NCBI RefSeq assembly: GCF_009914755.1
Contig: NC_060939.1
Length of the DNA stretch: 64,000 bases
DNA from: the human T2T-CHM13v2.0 reference genome, Homo sapiens
Direction: 5' to 3' (one strand)
A program made the position numbers and the translations under genes. The notes beneath the pieces were generated by a model. That model searched no databases. It worked only from the letters and a program-made list of their open reading frames with translations, and was not told where the DNA came from. Positions within the stretch are counted from its first letter, which is position 1. Every line of letters starts with the position of its first letter. Shown here piece after piece: positions 21,213-43,965 of the stretch.

Positions 21213-23739
21213 CTTTCAAGAAAAAAACAGAAAGAAAAAGAACAACAGTCAAGTGAGACAAGAGAGGAAAATCATGCGCAATAAATTCTGCGCTTGGATG
21301 TGACGCACACGTCGGGGCCAGGTGTGAGCTCCTCCACTGAAGATTCATTTTGTGCTCAAAGAGCCAAAACATGAATCACGGCATCTCACAGAGGCTTCCA
21401 CACCACTGACCTTTGGCACCATGCAGCCTGCAGGAGCAGAGAACGCTGCCAGGGGCAGCCCCTGGTCCCCAGGGCCATGGACCAGGAATGTGAGACGACA
21501 AAGCACAATCCATCACATGGTAACAAAACAGGAAATTAACACTGGGGGGCTGCGGCAACCCATTTCAACTGACTTGCTGGATGTATCCTGAAATAAACCC
21601 GATTTGTCATTTTCATGACAGCAGGCCCCGGAATTCTGGCCGTCAGAAGGAGGGTAAATGATGTGGGAGATCAATTGCTACACCAAAAGCAAGTGAGTTT
21701 CAATGGCTTGTGACAGATTTAGAGCACACACTGGTGTCCTAATCCCAGAGAATTACGGGGACTCAGGGCACAGCCCGTTCTAAGGCTGTAAAATTGAACC
21801 ATCTCTTGCCTGTAGCAAAGTTATCACAAGTGAGGAAATTGTATTGTGGTCAAAGTCAGGCCCACACAGTTAGAAGCTCCCCTTCGCAAGTCAAAATGAC
21901 TTCACACTCCTGCCTGTTACAATGCTCTGCATTTGTGTAGCCCACGGATGGCAAATAGGTGGCAGAAACCAAGGTCTCCCACCCCTGGATTCAGAGCAGA
22001 CCTATCTGTCCAGCTAAGCGTGGACACGGTCTCAGAAGCCTCCTTAACGCAGCCCTTCAGACAGCCACGAGCAACTGCTAAAATGTGGCAGGAGGTGAAA
22101 CCAATCAGCTATTTACGAAGTGACAATGCTGTTGTATTGGAACTTACTCTGCAACACTGCTAGGTGACAGCCTCTGCGTGCGTGTTTGTCACTTTATCCT
22201 ATGCATTACCTCCAGATCAACAAGGCCACTAACTGGTCCAGGACATCCACCCACATGCTACCATGTGATTCTCACCACCTGCTGGGGAGGTCTTGGTTCA
22301 CAGGTGGGGAAATTGAAGCTCAAAGAGGGTGATTACATTTATTGATTTCCCCGCCTCATTTCAAAGAGGATTTGAGACAGCTGGGCGAGGGGTCTGTCAG
22401 AGGCAGGCACAAAACAACAGGCTGGGGCTTTCCAGTCCAGCCAGCGGTTTCATTCTTCATCTTCATCCATTAGAAATTAGATTTGGGGAAAGGGGATAAT
22501 ACAAATATTAATACTTTGTTTTATATTTAATACTTGACTCTTGGATTATCATCGTCATCATTTGCGGTTTGTGGGTTGTTACGCTGGATTTGCTGGGAGA
22601 TCCTCAGCAACTCACAACCTCTTTGAGTCTTGGTTTCCCCCTCCAGTCAAGGGAGAAGATCCTTCATGTGGTCTCTAAAATACTTGCATGTTTTTCAAAT
22701 GCTCTGATAATAAAAATAAGGCAGCTTGCAGCAAATGGCACGAAGTGTTCAGTGCCAACAAACTTACGAATTGGCCAGAATGTAAAATATTTCACCTTCA
22801 TCTGGAGCTAAATCTTAAATGAGAAAAAGATTAGTGAAAACCACACTAGCTTGGCTCTGAGAAGCCATCACATTTTGTATCTCAGACAGCGGCAGCCAAA
22901 TCAAGTTCAGACGTTGAGAATAACTAGCTAGTCACAAAACCAGATTGGTGTCGTGGAGGAGGTTATATTTTTCAACTTATAAAACTAAAAAGTTCAGAAG
23001 AAAGCCAGAAGACAAAAGCAGATTGCATCTGGCAGAAGGGAAATATCCAATCAAAAACTGGCAGGAGAAAAAGGAGGAGAAAGAAAATGTACTTAATTTG
23101 TCCAATTTCATTATGGGGGAGGAAAACGTGTGACATGTGATTTTGACTCAGAAATGTTTCTGAAAACACAAAGCTAAGTTCCAGTTCACATCCCTCATTA
23201 GGACCACTAATTAAGTTAACAAGAAAAACATTAAGAAATCTTGTGGGGGTTTTTTGGTAATTTGTGAAGAAGAGCTGGCTAGGAAACAAAATGTAATTAA
23301 AAGAAAAAGAAAAAAAGTCAAGATCTAAAGTTCTACAAACAGAGGGGAAATATTCCTATGTACAGCTGGGGTAGGATAGATCTTTACAACATGGTTAATT
23401 AAGTGGAAATAACACCCAAGTTTCTTTCTGTTCATAATATAGGCCACATTGTCAGAAAATGTGGGGGTTTTCTCATTTAAACTTAGAAGAAGAGATGACA
23501 AATGAAGGAAGTAACAACTCTTGTTCTGAAAAAATTATTTAAGGAGCCATCCACATTCTTCATAGCATTCAGAACAGTCAGTCATTAAGTGGCCACCTGG
23601 CCCACCTGCAGCACCAGAGCTGGGGCAGCAACGCAAAACAAGATGCCAAGCACCACACTGGGTACATCATGCTCACTTGCTGAATCTCAGGCCGTCTCTA
23701 ATGTGCTGGAAGAAAAACCTTTTCAAAATAATATCTACT

Positions 23740-24755
23740 GAGTCGATTAAAACGAGACCTAAAAAAGACAACTCATAGAATGGGAAAAAAATAATTTCAA
23801 ATCATATATGTGATAAGGATTATGCATATGAAAAACTCTGCACATGAAACCCTGCATATGAAAAACTCTCACAACCCAATAGTAAAAAGTCAAATAACCC
23901 AATTAAAAAGTGGGCCAAGGATCCTCATAAACATTTTCCCAAAGAGGATCTATAGATGGCCAATAAGCACATGAAAAGATGTTCACCATCCTTAGCCATC
24001 ATGGAAATGCAAATTAAAACCACAGTGAGATTCTACTTCACACCTACTAGGATGGAGAACATTAAAAAGACAATAACAAGTGCTGGTGAGGATATGGAGT
24101 GACTGAAACCCTCAGACACTGCTGTTGAGAGTGCAGAATGGTATAGCTGCTGGGGAAGGCAGTTGTACAGTTCCTCAATATATGAAACATAGAGTTACCA
24201 CATGACCAGCAATTCCGCTCCTAGATATATACTCAAGAGAACTGAAAATATGTATCCTCACAAAAATTTCCCTACAAATGCTTATAGAAGTATTATTAAT
24301 CATAGTCAAAAAGTGGATACAACTCAAATGTCCATCAACTGAAAAATGGATAAATGAAATGTGGTATATCCATACAATGGACTATTATTCACCCCCAAAA
24401 AAAGAATGAAGTACTGATGCATGCTGCAATGGATGAACTCTGAAAAGATTAAGCCAAGTTACAGAGGCTGTTTACAAAAGACCACCTGTAATATGATTCC
24501 ATTTATAGGAAATATCTAGAAGAGGCAAATCCATAGAGACAGAAAGCAGATTATGGTTTCCAGGGACTGGGGAAAGACAGGAATGAGGAGTGATGCTAGT
24601 GGGTAGAAAGCTTCTTTTTAAAATGATGAAAATGTTCTGGAATTAGTGGTGATTGATACAGAATGTTGTGAATATATTAGAAGTCACTCCATTGTACACT
24701 TTAAAAGAATGAAGATTATGATGTGTGAATTCTATCTTAATGAAGCTCTTGTTTA
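23740..24755 (+). mobile_element. L1MB-like ORF2 end and 3' UTR
   Basis: aaatgcaaattaaaaccacagtgaga...gtggtatatccatacaatgg...gatgaaaatgttctggaattag. Confidence 0.75.
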
Positions 24756-25826
24756 GAAAAAAATCAAGAACTAATTTTTTAATTGCTCAGCAGGAAAAAA
24801 AATAAAAATAAAATAAAACCTGGATTAACAACTTGGGAACATTACCTGAGACCCCTTATAGGGATTATCTAATTTCAGAACCTTCGAGGTATTTGTTGTG
24901 TAAATGAAGACATCGAGGCTGAGTCACACAGCCAGTAAGTGATGTAGCTGGGTACAAACTTCCATCTCCTTGACATCAGGCTGGAGATCTTTGAAGTGTT
25001 GTGCCTGGGACTATTTCCCCTCTCTGTTTGTAGAACTTTAGGTCTTGACGTTTTTTCTTTATCTTTTAATTGTATTTTGCTTCTTAGCCATTCTCCATAC
25101 TGAACCGGAAAGAATACTGATATTTCATTCATTATTTACAGGGCTCTATGAAGGGAACCGAATGGCATTCCAGACAACTGTAAACAAGATCACACATTTC
25201 AAGACTGCAGGGAAGCATCATCCTTCTTCCCACCTATGGAATTAAGATAAATATACCAATTAAATGAAAATGGGTGAATGTGAGGCACACAGTCCAAACT
25301 CTCAGTTGGGTACTGGCTTCCTCCTTAGCCTCTGCCCCAGCCAAAGTTCAGCCAACAGGATGCCACCTGGACCTCTGAGAAGCTCCTCTGGCTCCTGCCT
25401 TCACACCTGCCATCCCAGGTCTCTGCTTTACAACTGCTCAACAGAGGCACAGCTCTTCAAAGATCACCAGGTCTGATGTCAAGGAGACAGATGTTTGTAC
25501 CCAGCTAAATCACTTACTGGCTGTGTGACTCAGCTTCAATGTGTTCATTTGCAAACAAATACCTTGAAGGTTCTGACATTAGATAATCCCTATAGAGTCT
25601 CAGGTAACATACAGGATAATATCTGCTACAATTCTAACTCATGCTAAGAGCCAATAAACGTTACCTGAATGCACTAAGCAGAAGTTTCCCATTCAACAGA
25701 GAGATGGTGTATGTTAAAGTTTTAAAACTTAGACATGAGGGGCCACTCAGGAAAGTAAAATAGACTTATCAGTAGCCAGATATCTGTTATACATAGCACT
25801 GAGTGCTGTTTTCCTTGCTAGCAGGG

Positions 25827-26232
25827 TGTTATGGATTGAACTGTCACCCCCAAAAAGCTGTTGACGTCCTAACCCCCAGTTGTGTGAATGTGACCTTATT
25901 TGGAAAAAGAGTCTGCTGGTCAATCAACATGAAGGGATTCAGTTGGTCTCTAATCCAATATGACTGGTGTCCTTATAAAAAAGGAGGATTTTGACAGAGA
26001 CGGAAACACATATAGAAAACAATGTGGAAATACAAGGAGAAGGTCATCTACAAGCCAAGAAACCCCTGAGGCTACTAGAAGCTAGGAGGGAAGCCAGGAA
26101 CAGATTCTCATTTACAGCCCTCAAAAGAAAACAACCCTGTCGATTGCTTGATTTCAGACTTTCCAGCCTCCAGAACTCTCAGACAATACATTTCTGTTTT
26201 GTGGTACTCTGTGGTACTAGGAAGTGAAGATA
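25827..26232 (+). mobile_element. MLT1B-like MaLR solo LTR
   Basis: tgttatggattgaactgt...gaatgtgaccttatttggaaa...cagcctccagaact. Confidence 0.8.
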
Positions 26233-26326
26233 TGGCTAGACTGCTTTAAATTATCAAATTATCAAGGAGGCACTGTGACTTTTAGAACTTCTTTTACAAC
26301 ATTCATTTAGAATTGCATCAACTCAC

Positions 26327-26412
26327 CTTCATCAACCCTTCTCTTGCAGGATCAGAGGTTCTTAGTGCATCTTCCGTGGAGCACCAGGATTCCTTTATGT
26401 AAACAGCCACAA
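26327..26412 (-). CDS. FAM169B: FAM169B exon, 86 nt (VAVYIKESWCSTEDALRTSDPAREGLMK); contains the ATG (26332-26330) of the short MKVQSF form
   Basis: Acceptor ttttggctttccctctag|TT and donor ATGAAG|gtgagt; the phase-0 end joins the 21212 exon in frame; similar to recalled FAM169A VALYLADQWWAIDDIVKTSVPSREGLKQ. Confidence 0.9.
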
Positions 26413-26559
26413 CTAGAGGGAAAGCCAAAAGAGGATGATGTGCACACAGCAAACTGGCCAACAGAGGGGCAGCTTCACAGCACAGAGCCACTGACAAGGT
26501 GCAAAGGGAAGATGATTTGTGGGGAAAGCAGGTGATATTTTTAGAGCTGAATTTACTGA

Positions 26560-27066
<507 letters not shown>

Positions 27067-28029
27067 TGAGTAAAATTCAACATGGGCTAAGCGCGTTAAA
27101 CAAACTGATTTAATACCTGTGTATTGAGCATCACCTTGGCCCTGGGCTTGGTGCTGCCTTCTTTTACATGAGTTTCTTTCATTCTCACCATGAAACTGTT
27201 ACCAGCATCTTTCTAAGGAGGATGCTGAAGCTCTGAGAGGTGAAATGACTTGCAGGCAATCAGCTAGAAGGGGCTGAGGTGGGGTTCAGCCCTGGGCCAC
27301 TAGACTCCTAAGTCAGTGCTCCTTCTAAGAGGCTCGAGATGGGTCTGGGGTTAAGAATGGGGTGAATCACATGGGGTGGAGGGGGTGTCTTTGGATGAGA
27401 AGGTCCCTGAGCTAAGATCTACAGGAGAAGGGTAGGGAAATCCTCCCCTCCTCCCCCCACCCTTACCCCAGGCATCTCCAAGCCCTGCTGACTCTGCCTC
27501 AGAAGCATCCCCAGAACCATTCCAAGTGTAGACATGGGTCCCGCTGCTCAGCAGGGGAGACCTGGACATGACTCCAACTTCACTAAGCCCAACATTCCTC
27601 ATCAGAGTTGCCCAAACTGATCACCCCAGGTGGCTGGGAAGTTCCCATGAGGATCGGTACTGAAATGCCCAGCATAGGGCCTGGCACACGGGAAGTGCTC
27701 AGTGTCTACTAATCAATTAGTCGATTTCTCCTCTTCCCTTCATGCTGGCATCACAATGTCCCATCAGTTCCTCCAGCTGCCTCATAACAAAATCTGTCCT
27801 CTTGGTTCCAGCTCCAGATCGCAGCTGGGTGAGGCCACCAACATCTCCACTGACAGCTGAGACAGCCCATCGCCTGGTTCCCACCTCAGTCTCCCCTGCC
27901 AATCCATCCCTACTGACTGGTCACTCTAAATCCCACCATGGTCTCTGCCCCTTGTCCCAACTCAGCAACTTTCCTTTCCTTTCTTAAAAATTACATTTTT
28001 TTCTTTTAAAATTTTTTCCTTTTTAATTT

Positions 28030-28510
28030 TTTTCTATTTTTAATTTTTGTGGGCACACAGTAAATATATATATTTATGGGATACCTGAGATGTTTTGATT
28101 CAGGCATGCAATGCGTAATAATGGAGTATCCAACAGGGCACTTACATCTGTAATCCTAGCACTCTGGAAGGCAGAAGTGGGCAGATCGTTTGAACCCAGG
28201 AGTTCAAGACCAGCCTGGGCAACATGGCGAAACCCCATCTCTGTGAAAAATACAAAATAATTAGCTGGGTGTGGTGGCACATGCCTGTCATCTCAAATAC
28301 TTGAGAGGCTGAGGCTGGAGGATCACTTGAGTCCTAGAGGTCAAGGCTGCAGTGAGTCATGGTTGCACTCCGGCCTGGGCAACAAAGTGACACTCTGTCT
28401 CAACAAAAAAAGGAAAGACAAAAAATGGTGTATCTGTCCCCTCAAGCATTACATCCTTTGTGTCACAAACAATCTGATTCTACTCTTTTAGTTATTTAAA
28501 AACGTACAAG
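28030..28510 (-). mobile_element. L1MA 3' end fragment interrupted by a + strand AluJ (~28133-28415)
   Basis: L1MA-type tail (tttttgtgggcacacagta...caggcatgcaatg...cctcaagcatt) split by an Alu. Confidence 0.7.
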
Positions 28511-29254
28511 AATCACATTTTAAACACCAAGGTTACTTTGGTTGTTTTCTGGTGTCTTTTTTATACTCCTTTGATCATTGTTTTTATATCTGCTTCTCAG
28601 GCCCAGTATCTGAACCTGAGGGTTCCAGAATCCACAGAATTATAAAAGAGGCCTCTTCCCAGTCAAACCTTCTTAGACGGAGATTTGGAGGAAAGTGTGA
28701 ACATGGAGTAGAAAACAAAAGCAGTTGAACATTTCACATAAGCCTCGAGATTTTAAAACAAATGTTGTGGACCACTCGGGGTCAGCTGCCACAGCCTTTC
28801 TCCCTGTCCTCTGTGCTACTAAAGGAACTTTAGTAGAAAACTCTGTGAAGACCAAGCTACAGTGGTGCGATGATTAATAATGAGTGTCAACTTGATTGGA
28901 TTGAGGGATACAGAGTATTAATCCTGGGTGTGCCTGTATGGGTGTTGCCAAAAGAGATTAACATTTGGGTCAGGGGGCTGGGGAAGGCAGATCCACCCTT
29001 AATCTGGTGGGCACAATCTAATCAGCTTCCACTAAATATAAAGCAGGCAGAAAAACATGAAAAGGAGAGATGGGCCAAGCCTCCCAGCCTACATCTTTCT
29101 CCCATGCTGGATGCTTCCTGCCCTCGAACATCCGACTCCAAGTTCTTCAGCTTCGGGACTCGGACTGCTTCTCCTTGCTCCTCAGCTTGCAGACAGCCTA
29201 TTGTGGGACCTTGTGGTTATGTAAGTAAGTTAATACTTAATAAACTCCCCTTTA

Positions 29255-29881
29255 TACATATATATAATACTTAATAAATTCCCCTTTATGTATATATATA
29301 AAATACTCAATAAACTCATATATATAGGATATATATATATCTCCCATATATATATATGGGAGATATATATATCTCCCATATATATATATATATCTCCTAT
29401 ATATATATATCTCCTATATATATATCTCCGATATATAGGATATATAGGAGATATATATATGATATATATAGGATATATATATAGGATATCCTATGGATAT
29501 ATATGATATATATAGGATATCCTATGGATATATATGATATATATAGGATATATAAGATATATAGGATATATATAGGATATATATGATATATATAAGATAT
29601 ATAGGATATATATATAGGATATCCTATGGAGATATATATATCTTATGGATATATATCCATAGGATATATATATATCCCATATATGTACACACGTATATAC
29701 ACATATATACACACATGTATATATATACACATATATATACACACACATATATACGTATATATATATACACATATATATACACATATACGTATATATATAT
29801 ACACATATATACACATATATACGTATATATATATACACACATATATACGTATATATATATATATACACACACATATATACG

Positions 29882-29917
<36 letters not shown>

Positions 29918-29935
29918 TATACACATATATATATC
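29255..29935. repeat. ~680-bp compound (TA)n-based low-complexity array
   Basis: GGATATATAT-type units followed by ACACATATATAC(GT)-type units. Confidence 0.95.
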
Positions 29936-29970
29936 CTGTTAGTTCTGTCCCTCTAAGAGAACCCTGACTA

Positions 29971-30344
<374 letters not shown>

Positions 30345-32820
30345 CTAGAGACCAACAGCATCTAACCCACCTTGTCAGTTTCATATGGGTGAATTATGTC
30401 ATCTCTGACAATGGCTCCAAAATTGATAGAGCCAGCTGGGAGCAGAGAGCCAATTAAATGTTTGACATCTGCCTTCATTTATTCAACTCAATTCACTTCC
30501 AAAATGGCACCTACTAGAACTTCCAGGAGCTTTATAAGCTATGATTATTTTCCTGCTTAACAAGGTGAATCAATAAAAGCTGTTGAATTTACTAATACAC
30601 TGTATTGCTATAACACAGATGTTCAATTTGCTAATACAGTTTCAAACAAGAAATGTGTTATGATTCAGTGTTTATGTGGTACCTTGCAAGTTTCACAGTG
30701 CACTGCAGACCAGTAATTAGTCACACAAGTTGTCACAAATAAGACTGACCTGTTGTTGTTTTTTTTTCAAAACTCATCTTAAACTGCTAAGTATACATAA
30801 CAATGAAACTGAAGTCCAATCACATGTAACAGTTAAAAACAAACTGCCTCAAAACCAACTCTTGAAAAATAGAATCAGCCTTCTGGAGAGCAGTAGCTTC
30901 TGATCAGTGAAGTCTAACACCTTGTCCAGAGAACACAGGAGGGAGACACAGCCCTTGGAGAGAGGCAGTCCCCAGCTCAGCAAGGACAAATGATGGCTCC
31001 TGGGGTGCTGACAGGTGCCACAGAGCCAGCCTCAGGGTATCACTGCTGAGACCCTGGAGCCAGCAACCTCCAAAGGTTAGAAAAAGGAAGTCACAACATC
31101 CTTGTTTTTAAAAAGGAAAAATATGGTCCTGATCAGTCATTTCCTCCACCTAAGGACTGAGAAGAGCCTGGACACCTGCGGAGAGAGATGCGCCGTGCTG
31201 AGAGCCATCGGGAGGGCATTGTGAAGAGCCAGCCTCACCACGCCAATTCAATTGCCCTGTCCCCGAGTGGCAGGTGACATGGACCACAAGGAAGATGTCA
31301 GTAATGGATTTTATTCTATGACACTCCAAGGTGTCCCAAAGAAGTAAAGACAGTGAGGTCCCGAAGGCTAATTCCTAGAGGCCTGGATTCACCCAAGGCT
31401 ATGCATGATCTGCTGAATTCAACTCTCCATGGCTGAGTTCCCCACTGTGTGACTGGTGCTGTCCTGGGCCCCAGGAGCTGATGATTAAGCCTCCATCCTT
31501 GCCTCTTGGAGTTGGGAGCCCACTAAGAACAAGAGAGCTAAATAAGCTATTCCAGTACAGGGCAGGGAGTGATCAGTGCTGGAATCGAGTTTCACGAGGA
31601 CCCAGAGGAGGAGGTCGACTCTGCCGAGGGGAACTGGGAAAGCATTCCCAGAAACTCCACCAGCTCCGCATCACTGGGTGAGGTTTCAACAGACAGAGAC
31701 GGTGGGGAAGGCTGATGCAGGCAACCCGGGAGCAGAGGCACAGCACCCTGTAAGTCCCGGGCCATGTTCAGGGCATCCCAAGCGGCAGGGGTAGCTGGGC
31801 AAGGTCTAAATATGGAAGAGACTGGGCTGCAAACACCATCTCAGCAAAACATTGGCTTCATTCACTCGGAAGCCACTAGCCGACATCAGCGCCAATGGAG
31901 AGTAAGATGACTCAAGGCATTTTAGAAACGGCTCTACATACTGTCCATGGTATAGGAAAAGGAATTGGAACCTCAGAGCCAGACAGGGCCCAAATTCTGC
32001 CATCTCCAGTTACTAGTTGCATGACCTAAACCCATTCCCTCCCCAGCTTTGATTCACCCTCTTGTCAAATGGAGATCACATCCTCTTCTATTGTTATAAA
32101 GCAAAGTAGGTGAGAGAGTTCACCTCACCAAACCACTTCTCCTTAGGTGTTTGAAGCATTCCAGTAATTTCTAGAAAGTTCCTCCACCTGCTTCAAACAT
32201 TGCTCTGGGATTACAATGAAGTATGAAAAGGCTGTGTAATATTTTCATTGTCAACAAGACAACGGAAAGTGTTCTGTAACTCTCCGTTTCTCCCTGGGAG
32301 ATCCCCGTCCAAACCATCTTTCTGCTCCGGTTTGCACAGAAATGTCTGTCTTTCACATCTTGAGATCTGCCCATCCAGTGAGTATTTACATTTCACACCA
32401 CATTTCCTCATGACCATCACCTTTTCTGTCAGGCAGTTAAGCTGACCACAGCTTTCCTCGCTTTGCCCTCCCAATGTAGTGGGCACGCATCAGTGCCGGA
32501 TTCAGACACATAACAGGACCTCTGACAAGATTTTTTAAACTTCGTGTCTTGCCTAAGACTTCTTAAAGAAGCCGAACCTTTTTATCTGATTTTTTAAATC
32601 TATAAGTAAGCAAAACAATCCTTCGGACAACGTTAGCATGACTTTTTCACAGTACAGGTCAGAGAGACCTGGTTGTCACCTGTTACCTTGGATGGATGGG
32701 CTGTGGCAACTAAGAGTGAGTGGTGCCTTCAGAAGGATTTTGAGGCTGCAGCCAAATTCAGCAAGGAGGAGTCTACTTAAGGAATTAAACTATATCCTGG
32801 CTTAAGAAACTAACAATTTA

Positions 32821-34073
32821 TTTATTTTTTTTTTTTTAATTTTTATTTTTTTTATTGATCATTCTTGGGTGTTTCTCGCAGAGGGGGATTTGGCAGGGTC
32901 ATAGGACAATAGTGGAGGGAAGGTCAGCAGACAAACAAGTGAACAAAGGTCTCTGGTTTTCCTAGGCAGAGGGCCCTGCGGCCTTCCGCAGTGTTTGTGT
33001 CCCTGGGTACTTGAGATTAGGGAGTGGTGATGATTCTTAACGAGCATGCTGCCTTCAAGCATCTGTTTAACAAAGCACATCTTGCACCGCCCTTAATCCA
33101 TTTAACCCTGAGTGGACACAGCACATGTTTCAGAGAGCACAGGGTTGGGGGTAAGGTCACCGATCAACAGGATCCCAAGGCAGAAGAATTTATCTTAGTA
33201 CAGAACAAAATGAAAAGTCTCCCATGTCTACTTCTTTCTACACAGACACGGCAACCATCCGATTTCTCAATCTTTTCCCCACCTTTCCCCCCTTTCTATT
33301 CCACAAAACCGCCATTGTCATCCCGGCCCGTTCTCAATGAGCTGTTGGGCACACCTCCCAGACGAGGTGGTGGCTGGGCAGAGGGGCTCCTCACTTCCTA
33401 GTAGGGGTGGCCGGGCAGAGGCGCCCCTCACCTCCCGGACGGGGCGGCTGGCCGGGCGGGGGGCTGACCCCCCCACCTCCCTCCCAGACGGGGTGGCTGC
33501 CGGGCAGAGGGGCTCCTCACTTCTCAGACGGGGCGGATGCTGGGCGGAGGGTCTCCTCACTTCTCAGACAGGGCGGCCGGGCAGAGGCGCTCCTCACATC
33601 CCAGACGGGGCGGCGGGACAGAGGCGCTCCCCACATCTCAGACGATGGGCGGCCGGGCAGAGACGCTCCTCACTTCCCAGATGGGATGGCTGCCGGGAAG
33701 AGGCGCTCCTCACTTCCTAGATGGGATGGCGGCCGGGCAGAGACGCTCCTCACTTTCCAGACTGGGCAGCCAGGCAGAGGGGCTCCTCACATCCCAGACG
33801 ATGGGCGGCCAGGCAGAGACGCTCCTCACTTCCCAGACGGGGTGGCGGCCGGGCAGAGGCTGCGATCTCGGCACTTTGGGAGGCCAAGGCAGGCGGCTGG
33901 GAGATGGAGGTTGTAGCGAGCTGAGATCACGCCACTGCACTCCAGCCTGGGCACCATTGAGCACTGAGTGAACCAGACTCCGTCTGCAATCCCGGCACCT
34001 CGGGAGGCCAAGGCTGGCGGATCACTCGCGGTTAGGAGCTGGAGACCAGCCCGGCCAACACAGCGAAACCCCG
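32821..34073 (-). mobile_element. SVA retrotransposon, 5'-truncated (no CCCTCT hexamer); subfamily probably D-like
   Basis: Poly(T), SINE-R, GC-rich VNTR and partial Alu-like domain; TSD agaaactaacaattta at 32805-32820 and 34074-34089. Confidence 0.96.
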
Positions 34074-34806
34074 AGAAACTAACAATTTAAAGGAAGACAC
34101 AGAATGGAGTTAAATCAGACCCAGGCTGTGTGGTGTGATGTAGTAACAACGTCCAGCAGGGATTGGTGGAGCGCAAAGTTGAGCTTGTGGTCCCTCTCCG
34201 CCTGCCTCAGCACAGAGATCAGCAGGAGGTACCAAAGCAGTGCACAGACCCTCCGGAGGTCACAAGTCTGTGGCACGTGTTGCTTATCCAACCCACACGT
34301 AGAGCAGCTATAATGTGCAAAAGACATATTACATCCAATCAAGGAATCAAACTAGACCCTGGCTTAAGAAACTTACAGTTTAGAGGAAGACACAGAATAA
34401 AGTCAAATCAGACCCAGGCTATGTGCTGTGGGAGGGCCAGAAGGGAGAAGAAGGTCATTTGGACCGAGGGATGAGGGAGTCTCCAATGGCAACTGACTTA
34501 ACCAGGTGGGAAGAATGAGTCAGGCCAAAGTAAGGGGAGAAGGCCATGCCAGGTGAGGGAGGTGACAGAGATATAGAGATGTGACAGGCAAGAACAGGAA
34601 CTGCAGCATGCCAGAGCCACCAGCGTTCAGAGTGGTGAGAAGGCAGGAGGAGGCCCATCAGGCCCATGAGGGCCAAACTGTGGACAGCTACTATGCTTCA
34701 GAAAAGGACAGGAACGTGATCCAGTCACTGCTTTAAAATAATAGCACTGACCACCACAGCACTCATCAAGCGCCTGGCGCAATGCCAAGGGCACATGCAG
34801 TATCTC

Positions 34807-42491
<7,685 letters not shown>

Positions 42492-42501
42492 CAGTATCTC
42501 A

Positions 42502-42948
<447 letters not shown>

Positions 42949-43147
42949 TCACTGACTCCAAAGCCCCTGTTCTAAGCAGTATGCCCCAAATGAAGAATGG
43001 ACAAAAGACAAGAGGGCAGAGCTGGGCCAGACCCAGGCAGAGGCCAGCAGAAAGAGAAAGGAAAGGGCTAGATGAGGAGAGGACAAACCAAGGCACTGTG
43101 CTGAGAAAGGAGAGGCCAGCCAGGGAAGACCTTAACAGGGTGAATGC

Positions 43148-43450
43148 CTCATGCCTGTGTAATACTATAATGGTGGATACATGTCATTATTCATTTGCCC
43201 AAACCTGTAGAACATACAATACCAAGAGTGAACCCTAATGTAAACGATGAGCTCTGGGTGATAATGATGTGGCAATGTAGGTTCATCAATTGCAACAAAT
43301 GTCCCAGTCTGATGGGAGATGCTGACCACAGGGGAGGCTCTGCACGTGTCGGGGAAGGGGGCATATAGGAAATCTCTGTACCTTCTTGAGCCTGAAACTG
43401 TGAAACCTAAAGCTGTGACCCTGAAACGGGTCTAAAAAGATAAAGTCTTA
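43148..43450 (+). mobile_element. L1MC-like 3' fragment
   Basis: atactataatggtggatacatgtcatta...gagtgaaccctaatgtaaac. Confidence 0.7.
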
Positions 43451-43504
43451 AAAGGGAAAAAAGAAAAAAAAGGTTCACACTGACTGAGGGTGGAGACTGG
43501 ATTA

Positions 43505-43965
<461 letters not shown>

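Noticed and set aside
30371-30435. AG/GT-bounded ~65-nt minus-strand segment
   Set aside because: Wrong phase, in-frame stop, no convincing FAM169 similarity.
33024-34011. Multiple 120-170 aa GC-rich ORFs
   Set aside because: Translations of the SVA VNTR and SINE-R.
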